Below, piece by piece: positions 1 to 8,535 of a stretch of 55,514 bases of DNA (positions within the stretch are counted from its first letter, which is position 1; the number at the start of each line of letters is the position of its first letter). The translations under genes were made by a program, and so were the position numbers. Origin of the DNA: a virus. Its lineage: Duplodnaviria; Caudoviricetes. The notes under the pieces are model-generated. The model was not told the origin of the DNA, searched no databases, and saw nothing but the letters and a program-made list of their open reading frames with translations. The stretch lies in the IMG/VR virus record IMGVR_UViG_3300036766_001792, positions 1 through 55,514 of that record; one strand, written 5' to 3'.

Positions 1-232
1 GCATATCAGCGATCCAGCGACGCTCGGCCGTGTTCAAGTCCGGCGGAACCCGCTCCAGTACGACCGCTCGGACCTCGGTGGACCGGAACCAGTTCCCCAG
101 GTGGCCGCCGTCGTGCCGCCGGTGCTCACCGAACCGCTTCTCGAGCAGGTTGACCGTCTTGCCGACATACCGCAACTCAAGCGTATCGGCGTCGACCAAC
201 CCGTAGATGACCGAAATCGCGTTACTTGTCAT
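1..232 (-). CDS. GIY-YIG endonuclease (partial, runs off window)
   Basis: Not in ORF track. Hand translation MTSNAISVIYGLVDADTLELRYVGKTVNLLEKRFGEH...AERRWI shows the xIY...YVG motif, catalytic R and downstream E. Confidence 0.8.
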   Translation of the reverse strand, partial: MTSNAISVIYGLVDADTLELRYVGKTVNLLEKRFGEHRRHDGGHLGNWFRSTEVRAVVLERVPPDLNTAERRWIADM

Positions 233-524
233 GCCTACCACAATACAGCGCGAACAGGCCGAGCGGGATGAACGGGAGATGCCCGCACAGGAAGTCAACC
301 TCCTCCTCGGTCAACGGCCCATGGCGCACCTTGTCAAAATGCAAGTCGCCGGCGGTCGCGCGGTCGAACGCCACCCCGACGCTTCCCGCGCCGAGCGACA
401 CCCACACGAGCCCAGCGAGATCCCTCCTGCCGACGGCAGCCAATGCCATGCCACCGAACCCCAGAATCCACGTCAGGCCGACATAACGCGCGAACCCGCG
501 CACCAGTTGGGTCACCAGCCTCAT
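222..524 (-). CDS. Small membrane protein, possible holin
   Basis: MRLVTQ... with 2-3 hydrophobic segments, directly downstream of the SLT gene. Confidence 0.45.
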   Translation of the reverse strand: MRLVTQLVRGFARYVGLTWILGFGGMALAAVGRRDLAGLVWVSLGAGSVGVAFDRATAGDLHFDKVRHGPLTEEEVDFLCGHLPFIPLGLFALYCGRHDK

Positions 525-582
525 CGCGTTCAACTCCCGAGCGGGAGGCTCCACCAGATCGTGGCGACGCACCCCGCATCCG

Positions 583-993
583 TCACTTGCCCAGCCCCTC
601 CCACCAGCACGTCCCCCAGCCGGCGGTCGACCCCGGGCTGACGCCCCCGTCCAGCAGGTCGCCGAGCAGGTTAGCCGCCGTCCAGCCCTGCTCCCACGAC
701 GAGCGCCAATCAGTCTCGGCCCCGAACCGCGCATAGGACGCCCACGTCCCGGGCGCGAACTGCGCCAGGCCCAGGTGGCCGGACGGGCTGACCTTGTTCT
801 GGTCCCACTCGCTCTCGCACGGCACCACGTCCACGACGAAGTGCGCTCTGTACTCTGCGGGCCCCAGGGCGGCGTCGTAGCCATCGACGAAACCCCGCGC
901 GACGAAGCAGCCGCTCCCGGCCGCCGCAGACGCCAAAATGGCCGCCGCAGCGACCAGTCTCACCAGTATCCCCTTGACTGCCACTAGCCCCAT
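583..993 (-). CDS. Lytic transglycosylase (SLT/Rpf-like) with N-terminal signal or lipobox
   Basis: CES catalytic Glu, GHLGLAQFAPGTW motif, hydrophobic leader ending AAAGSGC. Confidence 0.75.
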   Translation of the reverse strand: MGLVAVKGILVRLVAAAAILASAAAGSGCFVARGFVDGYDAALGPAEYRAHFVVDVVPCESEWDQNKVSPSGHLGLAQFAPGTWASYARFGAETDWRSSWEQGWTAANLLGDLLDGGVSPGSTAGWGTCWWEGLGK

Positions 994-1195
994 ACCGTAC
1001 CACCGATGCCCTTCTTCGAGGGGCGACGGCGGAAGACCGTCTGGACAACTGCGGGGGGCTACTCCGGGTATGTTCCCGTTTCGCACTAGAATGCCCGCAG
1101 GAAAGGGCCTGCGCCTCTTCGGCACGGCTACTAGGTAGGACCAGCAGCCCTTCGCCCTCGCCCCCTTACCCGGGCCTCCATGCCCATGCGTCATC
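994..1195 (-). ncRNA. Candidate structured leader RNA upstream of SLT gene
   Basis: Outer stem 1019-1035/1150-1166 enclosing several hairpins; follows a TATAAT element. Confidence 0.45.
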
Positions 1196-1211
1196 CTTAT
1201 TATACCGTACC
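1196..1211 (-). promoter_or_regulatory. Putative -10 element GGTACGGTATAAT
   Basis: TATAAT in GC-rich intergenic DNA; same GGTATNAT motif recurs elsewhere. Confidence 0.6.
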
Positions 1212-1240
1212 GCGGCAGTTCCGCGGGCCACAGGGCGGCT

Positions 1241-1909
1241 CTACTTCCTGCGCTGCGTGGCCTTCCTCAGCTCGGTGGCCCGCCTCGAGACCTCGGCGGA
1301 CGCCTTGCGCACCTTGCGCATCGCGCCGTCGAGCCTCTTGTGCTCCGACGGCCACTGGCCCGTCGACTCGGCCTCGGCCCATGCGCAGAACGAGTGCGGG
1401 TCGTCGACCTTGCCCTCCATGCGCCCGACGCACGCCCTGTGCCCGCCTGGACCGTCCTTCTCTATGCCGGATGAGATCTTCGACCAGAAGCCGCGGTGGC
1501 TGTCGGGCGTCCACCCGCGCTGCGCCATCATGCGCCTGTACTGGTTCCTCTGCGAGGCGGAGATCTTGCCGCCGCACTTGCTGCATGCCGACGCCTTGCC
1601 CACGTTGTCCAGCGAGTCCCCTATCTCGGCGAGCGACGCCTGCGCGTCCTTCAGGTCCTGGATGGTCGCGAAGATGTCCCCCGCCAGGCCGCCCTTCTTG
1701 AACACACCCGGCACCTTGCCGGCGACGTCGATGTCGCCCACGCCGTGGACCTCGGCGTACTCCTCGTCTGGGTCCTCCGTCTCGTCGGTGTAGATGCTGT
1801 CGGTCGGCTCGACCGAGTCGCCGGGCTCCCACAGGTCCTCGAACGTGGTCCCGGTCTCCTCAGTCTCCTTCTTGGCCTTCGCGAGCGCGTTCCTCAAGAA
1901 GCTCATCAT
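1241..1909 (-). CDS. Hypothetical protein with Cys motif, possibly head-associated
   Basis: CSKC and ACVGRMEGKVDDPHSFCAW...TGQWP, resembling a module recalled from actinophage head-maturation proteins. Confidence 0.55.
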   Translation of the reverse strand: MMSFLRNALAKAKKETEETGTTFEDLWEPGDSVEPTDSIYTDETEDPDEEYAEVHGVGDIDVAGKVPGVFKKGGLAGDIFATIQDLKDAQASLAEIGDSLDNVGKASACSKCGGKISASQRNQYRRMMAQRGWTPDSHRGFWSKISSGIEKDGPGGHRACVGRMEGKVDDPHSFCAWAEAESTGQWPSEHKRLDGAMRKVRKASAEVSRRATELRKATQRRK

Positions 1910-1910
1910 G

Positions 1911-2453
1911 TCAGTCGCCCTCCCCGGGGCTCAGCAGCCCCCCTATCTCCGCGGCCCGCTCCGGCTCGCGCGCCTCGTGGTAGAACTCTTCCTCCAGCCT
2001 GGGCAACGCGTGCAGGTACGCGTTGAATGTCCCGTTGATCAGTGCGCCCGGCCTCAACGCCCGCACGTGGTCAGCCGCGCGCCTGCCGCTCGCCCCGCTC
2101 AGCTCGCGCGCGACCAGCGCGCACACCAGCCCTGCCCTGTTCGATCCAGCGCCGCAGAACACCGCCACCCTCAACCCGGCCTCCATCAGCCTAGCGAGCA
2201 GCTCGGCCAGCGGCCTCAGCACATCTAGGTCCGGCAGTGGCCCATCCTCTATCGGCCACTTGACCAGCATCTTGCTGATCGGCACGGAAAGCGGCGTACG
2301 ATTGTCAGGGTGATCGAGTCCGACGATCACCGCCGCCAAGCCCCACAGCGCATCCCAGTCCTCGGGCGTATCCGGCCCCGGCGCCTGAAAAAGCCCGTCG
2401 GCTATCTCGTAGACGCCGGCCCCGCAGCTCAGCGCGCAGACTGGCTTAACCAC
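1911..2453 (-). CDS. Dual-specificity/tyrosine phosphatase-like protein
   Basis: CX5R loop VAVFCGAGSNRAG, upstream PIED acid loop, downstream VRALRPGAL. Confidence 0.85.
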   Translation of the reverse strand: MVKPVCALSCGAGVYEIADGLFQAPGPDTPEDWDALWGLAAVIVGLDHPDNRTPLSVPISKMLVKWPIEDGPLPDLDVLRPLAELLARLMEAGLRVAVFCGAGSNRAGLVCALVARELSGASGRRAADHVRALRPGALINGTFNAYLHALPRLEEEFYHEAREPERAAEIGGLLSPGEGD

Positions 2454-2848
2454 TATCCGCAGCAGCCCTTTCCCTGCCTGCCGAAGACCGCCTTCAGGAA
2501 GAGCGGCGTGGCGTCGACCGCGTTCATGCCCTTGCGGATCCCCTTGATCAGGTTAATCCCCGCGCCGGTCACCGCGTACCAGTTGTCGCCCTTGGCCCAG
2601 AGCTCGGCGTAGACGGCCCCGTTGTCCACCGAAATGAGGTGCTGGAAGCCGCCCTCGATGGCCTTGGTCAGGCTCGACCACCTGGTCGACCTCATATCGA
2701 GCAGCACCTCGGACGTCAATCCACCTGCCGCCGCCTTGTGCACCTCGGCCGCGAGGCACAGCGAGGTCGCCGTCTCTTCAGTGGTCCTGCCGGGCGCCGC
2801 GTCGACAGCCGCCGCCTTGAGCAGCTCTAGACATTTGTTAAGTCCCAT
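2453..2848 (-). CDS. Hypothetical protein
   Basis: GGAGG RBS before MGLNKC; abuts neighbours. Confidence 0.6.
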   Translation of the reverse strand: MGLNKCLELLKAAAVDAAPGRTTEETATSLCLAAEVHKAAAGGLTSEVLLDMRSTRWSSLTKAIEGGFQHLISVDNGAVYAELWAKGDNWYAVTGAGINLIKGIRKGMNAVDATPLFLKAVFGRQGKGCCG

Positions 2849-3197
2849 GTGGCCTCCCGCAGAACGTCCCCGTCTGCGAGTGACAGTTCGGACAGAGTAT
2901 CCGAAGATTCTCCCTCCGCCAGTCACGCTTATTGCCGTTTATGTGATCGAGCTGAAGCACCAATGGTTCACCTAACCACTCCGGCCCTACCCCACAGAAG
3001 GAGCACTTATTCTCAAGTACACCCTCCTTGAATAACCTGGCCTTCAAGCGGGAATGCGCATCAGAGTCCTCGACCAAGAGATCGGACAATGGCCGGCCAT
3101 AACCGGCATGGCTCCTGCCCATCCACTGGTACCAATCAGGACGGCACACCCTACAACAAGGATGTGCCTTCCCACATGACTTGACAGCGTATCCCAC
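2838..3197 (-). CDS. HNH endonuclease
   Basis: CSFC...LQLDHINGN...ENLRILCPNCHSQT; lower GC. Confidence 0.9.
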   Translation of the reverse strand: MGYAVKSCGKAHPCCRVCRPDWYQWMGRSHAGYGRPLSDLLVEDSDAHSRLKARLFKEGVLENKCSFCGVGPEWLGEPLVLQLDHINGNKRDWRRENLRILCPNCHSQTGTFCGRPHGT

Positions 3198-3267
3198 CTA
3201 GGTCCCCTCCAGTCGGCCTGTCCGCGGCCGCACTGCAATAGTATCAGATCGCGCGGCGCACGGAAAC

Positions 3268-4065
3268 CTATGCCGGTGGGGCGATCAGTCCACCGTCCTC
3301 TGGGTCGACCGTGGCGTCGGCCGGGTACTGCGGCTCCTCCGCTGCCCCCTGCGTCCTGGCGATGAACGCCTGGACCGCCTTCACCGCAGTCTCGTCGAGG
3401 CCGTAGAACCCCGCCGCAGCCGCCATGGTGGCGATGATCGGCTCGTCGTACTCGTCGCTCACCTTGATGACCGAGGCGGCTATCTTCTCGACGCTAGCCT
3501 TCCGCTTGGCCTTCCCGGCGAACGGGTAGTCGTCCGCCCCGGGGAGGATGGCGCGCTCGAGCTCGTCCGCCGTCAGGAACGGCGGCTTGCCCTCGTCATC
3601 CGGGTAGCCGATCTTCGTCACCGCCCCCAGCAGTATGATCGCCGTCGGCTGGCCCTCGCCCCGGCTGACGTGCAGGGTCGGACCGTGCGTGTCGGTCTGC
3701 GAGCTTATCGCCTCCAGGATGCCGGAGACGACCTCCGTCCCGACGTGCACGACCACCTCGTGGCTCACCAGCGCGACCGCCTTCTCGTAGAGCGCCGGGT
3801 CGAACTGGACCTCTACAGGCTCCGGCTCTGTGTCGTCGCCGACGTCGGCGTCATATGGCGGCCACAGCCTGAACTTCCCCCCGTCCTCCAGCACGAACAG
3901 CTGCTGGAGCTTGCCTAGGCGGATGTTGGTGTTGCCGATGGTGAGCGCGTCGTCGGCGTCTAGGTGCGCGACCGACTGCAGCTCGCCCTCTATCCGCTTG
4001 CCGTCGAGCGCTATCGCCCTGACCCTGCGCCCGAGGTGGTTGTCTAGCTCGTTGTAACGTGGCAT
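3268..4065 (-). CDS. Hypothetical protein, possible tandem Sm/LSm-like folds
   Basis: LGRRVRAIALDGKRIEGELQSV and LVSHEVVVHVGTEVVSGILEAI resemble the Sm1 pattern; strong AGGAGG RBS. Confidence 0.6.
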   Translation of the reverse strand: MPRYNELDNHLGRRVRAIALDGKRIEGELQSVAHLDADDALTIGNTNIRLGKLQQLFVLEDGGKFRLWPPYDADVGDDTEPEPVEVQFDPALYEKAVALVSHEVVVHVGTEVVSGILEAISSQTDTHGPTLHVSRGEGQPTAIILLGAVTKIGYPDDEGKPPFLTADELERAILPGADDYPFAGKAKRKASVEKIAASVIKVSDEYDEPIIATMAAAAGFYGLDETAVKAVQAFIARTQGAAEEPQYPADATVDPEDGGLIAPPA

Positions 4066-4081
4066 TCCTGTTGCCTCCTTC

Positions 4082-4270
4082 TCACTTCGTCTTATGCCAG
4101 CCCCCGTCGGCGTCCCACCACCCGAGCCGATGCCCGCACCGGCAGAGCAGCGCCCCTCCGAGGAACACCCCGAGGGCGGAGCCCGCCGATGGTGGACGCA
4201 CGACCACCGTCCCGTGCCCGAACAGCGCGTGGCGCACTCGCACCGCCCGCTGCCGAATATCTTTCAACAT
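4082..4270 (-). CDS. Small hypothetical protein
   Basis: MLKDIR...CRCGH; abuts upstream gene. Confidence 0.5.
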   Translation of the reverse strand: MLKDIRQRAVRVRHALFGHGTVVVRPPSAGSALGVFLGGALLCRCGHRLGWWDADGGWHKTK

Positions 4271-4272
4271 GC

Positions 4273-5166
4273 TCAGTACTCCAGATCGCCGGTCCCGTAG
4301 ATGGTCCACCGCGCCATGTCGGGCCACATCGATACCTCCGGCGTCTGCTTGACGGCCGGTGGCCGGTCGAAGACCCTGAACGGCCGCCTGAGGTACCCGT
4401 AGTCCCGGTCGTACCCGATGTCCCGGTGCGCCGCCAGGAAGTCGATGTGCGCCCTCTCCCACCGCTCGACCAGCGCCCTCTGCCTCTCGCGCGGCATCGC
4501 AGCCAGGTCGTACCTGAGGGTCGCGCCCTCCTCGCCCGCTGCCGCCCCGTACCAGTCATGGAACGTCCCGTAGCCGCCCATCGTCTCGGGGTCCACGTAG
4601 TCGGATATGACGCCGCCGCGGCCGATCCTCATGACCTCCTTGTCCATCGCGTACTGCATCCCGGCTATGCGCTCGTCAACTTCGTCGTCCGGTATTGAGC
4701 GGACTGTCGGATCCCCGACCAGCACGTACGACCGGTCGTGGAACCACTCCACGGCCTGCTGCGTCTCGTGGGCCATCCTGCCCGCCAGCTCGTGCGGGAA
4801 CGTGGGGATGGCCAGGTTGTTGATCGGCACCCAGCACGCGCGCCAGTGCGAGTACAGCCCCTGCGCCGGGCGCCCGTCGAGCATGCCCGACAGCCGGTGC
4901 TTCTCGGCGTACATGACCAGCAGCTCCTCGGCGCGCGCCCTCACGGGATCCGGGTCGACCGGCATGTGCTTACGCGTCACAGCCGTCACCATCCCCGACC
5001 CCGGCGGCCTCGACAGCGAGTGGCGCCGATCCAGCAGGATCTGGACATCGGGCCCACGCGCCTGCTTCATGTAGGTGCACACCGGGCAGTTGAAGTACCC
5101 GGTGCCCTCCATGGGCCCGCGCGCCAAGGCCTCATACGACTCGTACGGCTCGTAGTCCTCCGTCAC
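4273..5166 (-). CDS. Hypothetical protein
   Basis: Long ORF; GTG start overlaps the FmdB-like stop; CPVC. Confidence 0.65.
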   Translation of the reverse strand: MTEDYEPYESYEALARGPMEGTGYFNCPVCTYMKQARGPDVQILLDRRHSLSRPPGSGMVTAVTRKHMPVDPDPVRARAEELLVMYAEKHRLSGMLDGRPAQGLYSHWRACWVPINNLAIPTFPHELAGRMAHETQQAVEWFHDRSYVLVGDPTVRSIPDDEVDERIAGMQYAMDKEVMRIGRGGVISDYVDPETMGGYGTFHDWYGAAAGEEGATLRYDLAAMPRERQRALVERWERAHIDFLAAHRDIGYDRDYGYLRRPFRVFDRPPAVKQTPEVSMWPDMARWTIYGTGDLEY

Positions 5167-5357
5167 CGCTGCCCACCATTCGTGCTCGAGCGCGTAAAGC
5201 CGCCGGCCTTGAAGATGGCCACCGGCGGGGACGTCGGCACCGGCATGCGCGCGGACATCTCGTGGCACTCCGGGCACTCGGCCTGCTTGACGTCCCACCC
5301 GGTCAGCTTGTCAAATACGCGCCCGCAGTTCGAGCACCTGAAGTCATAGATCGGCAT
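5163..5357 (-). CDS. FmdB-family zinc ribbon protein
   Basis: MPIYDFRCSNCG...CPEC...FKAGGF. Confidence 0.85.
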   Translation of the reverse strand: MPIYDFRCSNCGRVFDKLTGWDVKQAECPECHEMSARMPVPTSPPVAIFKAGGFTRSSTNGGQR

Positions 5358-5670
5358 CGGCGTCCTCCTCCGGACGCGGAAGCTCTATCCTGTCCTCCAC
5401 ATCGAACCCGATCGAGACGCTCGCCTTCGAGCCGTCGCCGGCGATCCCCACGGACCGGAAGTCTATCTCGAAGGCCACCGTCGCTACGACCTCTGTCACC
5501 GGTCCGCGCCGCATGGACTCGAGCATGCTCCCGGTCAGCATCTGCGCGCAGAACTGCTGCATCGACTCGAAGTCGATCCAGTGCAGGATCCCGTCCGCGT
5601 CTATCCGGCCGACTGTGCGGCCGTCCCTCTTGAACCTGACGAGGTTACGCTCCAACCTTAGGCTCCCCAA
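5344..5670 (-). CDS. Hypothetical protein
   Basis: Packed minus-strand ORF. Confidence 0.5.
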   Translation of the reverse strand: MGSLRLERNLVRFKRDGRTVGRIDADGILHWIDFESMQQFCAQMLTGSMLESMRRGPVTEVVATVAFEIDFRSVGIAGDGSKASVSIGFDVEDRIELPRPEEDADADL

Positions 5671-5953
5671 ATGCCACCGTCTGACCGGGCAGCAGCATAG
5701 TTATCGTCCGCACCAGGCCGTAGTAGACGAACTGCCCCTCCTGCACCGGGGCCATGTCGTGCTGCTCGCTGTAGTCAAGCGCCACCACGCTGAATCCGTC
5801 GTCGTCAACGGGTTGCTCGACAGTCCCTATCACGCGCAACACGGGTCGCGGCTCCGGATGCTCCCCCCGGAACCAGAATGGGTCATTGAACTCGACGACC
5901 ACCATCTGCCCGATGAGTGATCGTATCAACGGCCTTAACGCTATCTTAGACAT
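5645..5953 (-). CDS. Hypothetical protein
   Basis: Packed minus-strand ORF. Confidence 0.55.
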   Translation of the reverse strand: MSKIALRPLIRSLIGQMVVVEFNDPFWFRGEHPEPRPVLRVIGTVEQPVDDDGFSVVALDYSEQHDMAPVQEGQFVYYGLVRTITMLLPGQTVAFGEPKVGA

Positions 5954-6302
5954 CTACTTCCCGCTCCCTGCAAGCGTTGAGCAGCCAGTCTACCCCGCCG
6001 ACCGCGAACGGCCCGAAGACCGCCGCGCCCAGCCAACCCTGCCACGGTGTCATGCACGGATCCACGGAGTACGCCAGCGCGAGCGTAGCCCACGTCACGA
6101 CGGCGGCTACCTCCTGCGCGAAGCACAGCCGGCAGCCGAAGAGGCCGCGCGTGTAGGCCGCGAACGGACCTTCCCTGCCTGGGTTGGTCGCCCAATGGCG
6201 CAGCCAGGTGAACAGGCTGCCGTTGAGCAGCAGGTGCGAGATCTGGTTGACCACGCATGCCGCCGCGAAGATGCTTAGGACCGCTGCCAGCTCGACCTGC
6301 AC
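5946..6302 (-). CDS. Membrane protein, DUF1360-like
   Basis: TM segments with LFTWLR...GLFGCRLC pattern. Confidence 0.55.
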   Translation of the reverse strand: MQVELAAVLSIFAAACVVNQISHLLLNGSLFTWLRHWATNPGREGPFAAYTRGLFGCRLCFAQEVAAVVTWATLALAYSVDPCMTPWQGWLGAAVFGPFAVGGVDWLLNACREREVDV

Positions 6303-6304
6303 CG

Positions 6305-6640
6305 CTATGCCCTCTCGCTCAGCAGCTCCCCCGGCAGGGTGTCAGGAATCGGGCCGGTGCCGTCGTACGCCAGGCACGCGTAGATGTTGTCGTCGAGCAC
6401 GAAGACGAGCCGCCTGCCGTCCTCGTCCCATGCCTCCTCGGCCAGGTACGGCTGAAACAAGACCTTCCGCCCGGGCTTGATCGCCTCGTACGCGTCGGGT
6501 CCCCGCGCCAGCACCAGGCCGACCGCCGAGATCTCCTGCGCCGAGTCGGGGATGAGTATCCCACCACCGACGATCTCCTCGCCGGGGCGCACGACCTCCA
6601 GCAGGACGAGGTTATCCCTCGGGCTGTACTTCTTCGCCAT
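6305..6640 (-). CDS. groES: Co-chaperonin GroES-like (copy 1)
   Basis: PRDNLVL...GGGILIPDSAQE...GLVLARGP...GRKVLF. Confidence 0.85.
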   Translation of the reverse strand: MAKKYSPRDNLVLLEVVRPGEEIVGGGILIPDSAQEISAVGLVLARGPDAYEAIKPGRKVLFQPYLAEEAWDEDGRRLVFVLDDNIYACLAYDGTGPIPDTLPGELLSERA

Positions 6641-7016
6641 CTTCCTCTCCAGTCTGCCCCATCAGCTGCCTTATGGCGTCCATGCTCATCGCCGGCCCCG
6701 AGCTCGTCAGCTCTATGTCCGGCGCCTGCCCTTCCATGTCCTGCGCCTGCCCCGCCGCGTCCTCGATTGCCCGCCTCACGTAGCCGGCCGCGAAGACGAC
6801 CCCCAAAACTGGCGTCGATATGTCGCAACGGCTTATGTCTATCACGCCGAGTATCATGATCCGGTGCGCAAACTGGTGCAGCACCTCGCCGTACTCCTGC
6901 TCCACGATCCCGTCCGCGCGCTCCTTCGCGTCCGGGCGCGCCCTGAACAGGTCGAAGAACATGTCCAGCAGCCTGTCGAACTCGTCGTCCGTCCCCGGCC
7001 CCTCTTCGTCAGGCAC
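6612..7016 (-). CDS. Hypothetical acidic protein
   Basis: GGAGGAG RBS before GTG. Confidence 0.55.
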   Translation of the reverse strand: MPDEEGPGTDDEFDRLLDMFFDLFRARPDAKERADGIVEQEYGEVLHQFAHRIMILGVIDISRCDISTPVLGVVFAAGYVRRAIEDAAGQAQDMEGQAPDIELTSSGPAMSMDAIRQLMGQTGEEDGEEVQPEG

Positions 7017-7254
7017 CGGCGTCTCCTCCCCCGCGCGGGTGCCGCGCGTCGTACTCATGGTTGGCGAGTGAGACCTCCAGCCCGGCCGGCGACTGCGAGA
7101 CGACGACGTACCGCTCGGTGTGCCCCACCAGATCTGTCAGGAGGTCCGCAACGAACAGGAAGAACCTGTCGCGCTCAATCACCTTGTTCAGATGGATCGG
7201 CGCGATGATCCTGACCGCTGACGGCCGCTCCTGCGTCTTCGCCTTCGTCGCCAT
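7009..7254 (-). CDS. Hypothetical protein
   Basis: GAGGAGG RBS before MATKAK. Confidence 0.55.
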   Translation of the reverse strand: MATKAKTQERPSAVRIIAPIHLNKVIERDRFFLFVADLLTDLVGHTERYVVVSQSPAGLEVSLANHEYDARHPRGGGDAGA

Positions 7255-7426
7255 CGACGACCTCCTCTGTCGGTCTCTGCTGCCGCAGCGTCCTCCTGAT
7301 CGAGTTGGCGAGCGCAAGCGTCATCGCCCTGCGGACCCTGCGCGACATCTCCCCCGGTACGCGGCCAGCCGAGCCCTTCGGCCTTGCAGCCTTAGCCGCC
7401 CTGCGCTTCTGCGAGTTCTTGCCCAT
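7175..7426 (-). CDS. Small basic hypothetical protein
   Basis: K/R-rich N-terminus; overlaps neighbours. Confidence 0.4.
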   Translation of the reverse strand: MGKNSQKRRAAKAARPKGSAGRVPGEMSRRVRRAMTLALANSIRRTLRQQRPTEEVVDGDEGEDAGAAVSGQDHRADPSEQGD

Positions 7427-7895
7427 CGAGTACGCCCTTCCTATACTGTATGATACCCCACTCGAGCACGCAGAGCGCGTCAGCCGTGTCCTGACTCGGG
7501 ATCTTCAGGCCAAGCCAGCGCCCGGCGACATACCCGGCGATGTCGGACTTGGACGCCCGCCCGCCCAGCCCGAGGTCGCGCTTCCAGACCATGTTGTTGA
7601 CCGTCACGTACGGGATCCCGGCGTCCACCAGGTGCGCCACCACGCCGCCCAGCACCTTCGCCAGGTCGAGCTCCGCGCGGCGGCCCCTGACGAACGATAT
7701 GTCCTCGATGAAGGCGCGCCCAACCGGAGTGAGCTGCCCGAGCCGGTTGCGGAAGTTCGCCATGAGCGCGTCAAACCTGTCTGCCGCCCTAGCGCCGCTG
7801 GCAACGACCTCTATCAACCGCGGAACAGTGGCCTCGCCATCGAATACGGCTATCGCGACCTTCTTCGTCGACAGGTCAATCGCGACGAGCGTCAA
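7392..7895 (-). CDS. ruvC: RuvC-like Holliday junction resolvase
   Basis: AIDLS, FIED, WK..LG.GGRASK, DTADAL acidic tetrad. Confidence 0.85.
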   Translation of the reverse strand: MTLVAIDLSTKKVAIAVFDGEATVPRLIEVVASGARAADRFDALMANFRNRLGQLTPVGRAFIEDISFVRGRRAELDLAKVLGGVVAHLVDAGIPYVTVNNMVWKRDLGLGGRASKSDIAGYVAGRWLGLKIPSQDTADALCVLEWGIIQYRKGVLDGQELAEAQGG

Positions 7896-8083
7896 GAGAC
7901 GACCCCGTAGTTGCTGCCGTAGCTCGCCCCCGCGTCATCGGGCGCGTTGAGCGGGTTGACGTGCCGGAGCGTCTTCTTCCGCGGTCCGCTCTCGACCGGC
8001 ACCGCATACTTGCTCACCGCCGCGGCGAGCGCCAGCGCATGATCGCGCGCCAACCTGATGGCCTCGTCGTATCCACTCGTCAT
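7892..8083 (-). CDS. Small hypothetical protein
   Basis: GGGGGAG RBS; abuts neighbours. Confidence 0.5.
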   Translation of the reverse strand: MTSGYDEAIRLARDHALALAAAVSKYAVPVESGPRKKTLRHVNPLNAPDDAGASYGSNYGVVS

Positions 8084-8085
8084 CG

Positions 8086-8535
8086 CTACGAACTCCCCCC
8101 GAACTCGAGCACTATCCGCCTCTTGATGTACCGCCCGATGTCCGGGTAGACCCTGTCGACCGCGTCCTGAAGCCACGGCCGCGCCGCGCGGTCGTTCATA
8201 TGCCGGCTGAACGGCCCCCTGAAGTGCCCCCTCACGGCCACCAGCCTCCAGCGCCCCGACACTGTCGACCTGGGCCTGATGCGCATCCGGTGCGGCCTGA
8301 CCCAGTGGCGCCTGACCCACTCGTCGTGCGCCGGGACCCCGAAGTGCACCGGCACCGCGTGCCCCGACCTGTAGACTATCTCGAACCCGTCAGGCAGACG
8401 CCTGAACACGCCGCTCTTCTTGAGCTCGCCCTTGTCGACCGGGACGTCGCGGTCGGACTCCGTGAACATCTTCTCGCCGGCGTCCTGCAGCCCGCGGACC
8501 ATGGCGCGCCTGAGCCTATCCTCAAAGCTGGGCAT
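8086..8535 (-). CDS. HK97 gp10-like neck/tail-completion protein
   Basis: VPVDKGELKKSG...PVHFG...RPWLQDAV. Confidence 0.75.
   Translation of the reverse strand: MPSFEDRLRRAMVRGLQDAGEKMFTESDRDVPVDKGELKKSGVFRRLPDGFEIVYRSGHAVPVHFGVPAHDEWVRRHWVRPHRMRIRPRSTVSGRWRLVAVRGHFRGPFSRHMNDRAARPWLQDAVDRVYPDIGRYIKRRIVLEFGGSS

Noticed and set aside
1040-1082. GGGAA...CCCCGCAGTTGT resemblance to a cobalamin riboswitch; also considered c-di-AMP (ydaO)
   Set aside because: The other conserved elements (B12 box; ydaO GCUAAC and CCCGAA tracts) were not found.
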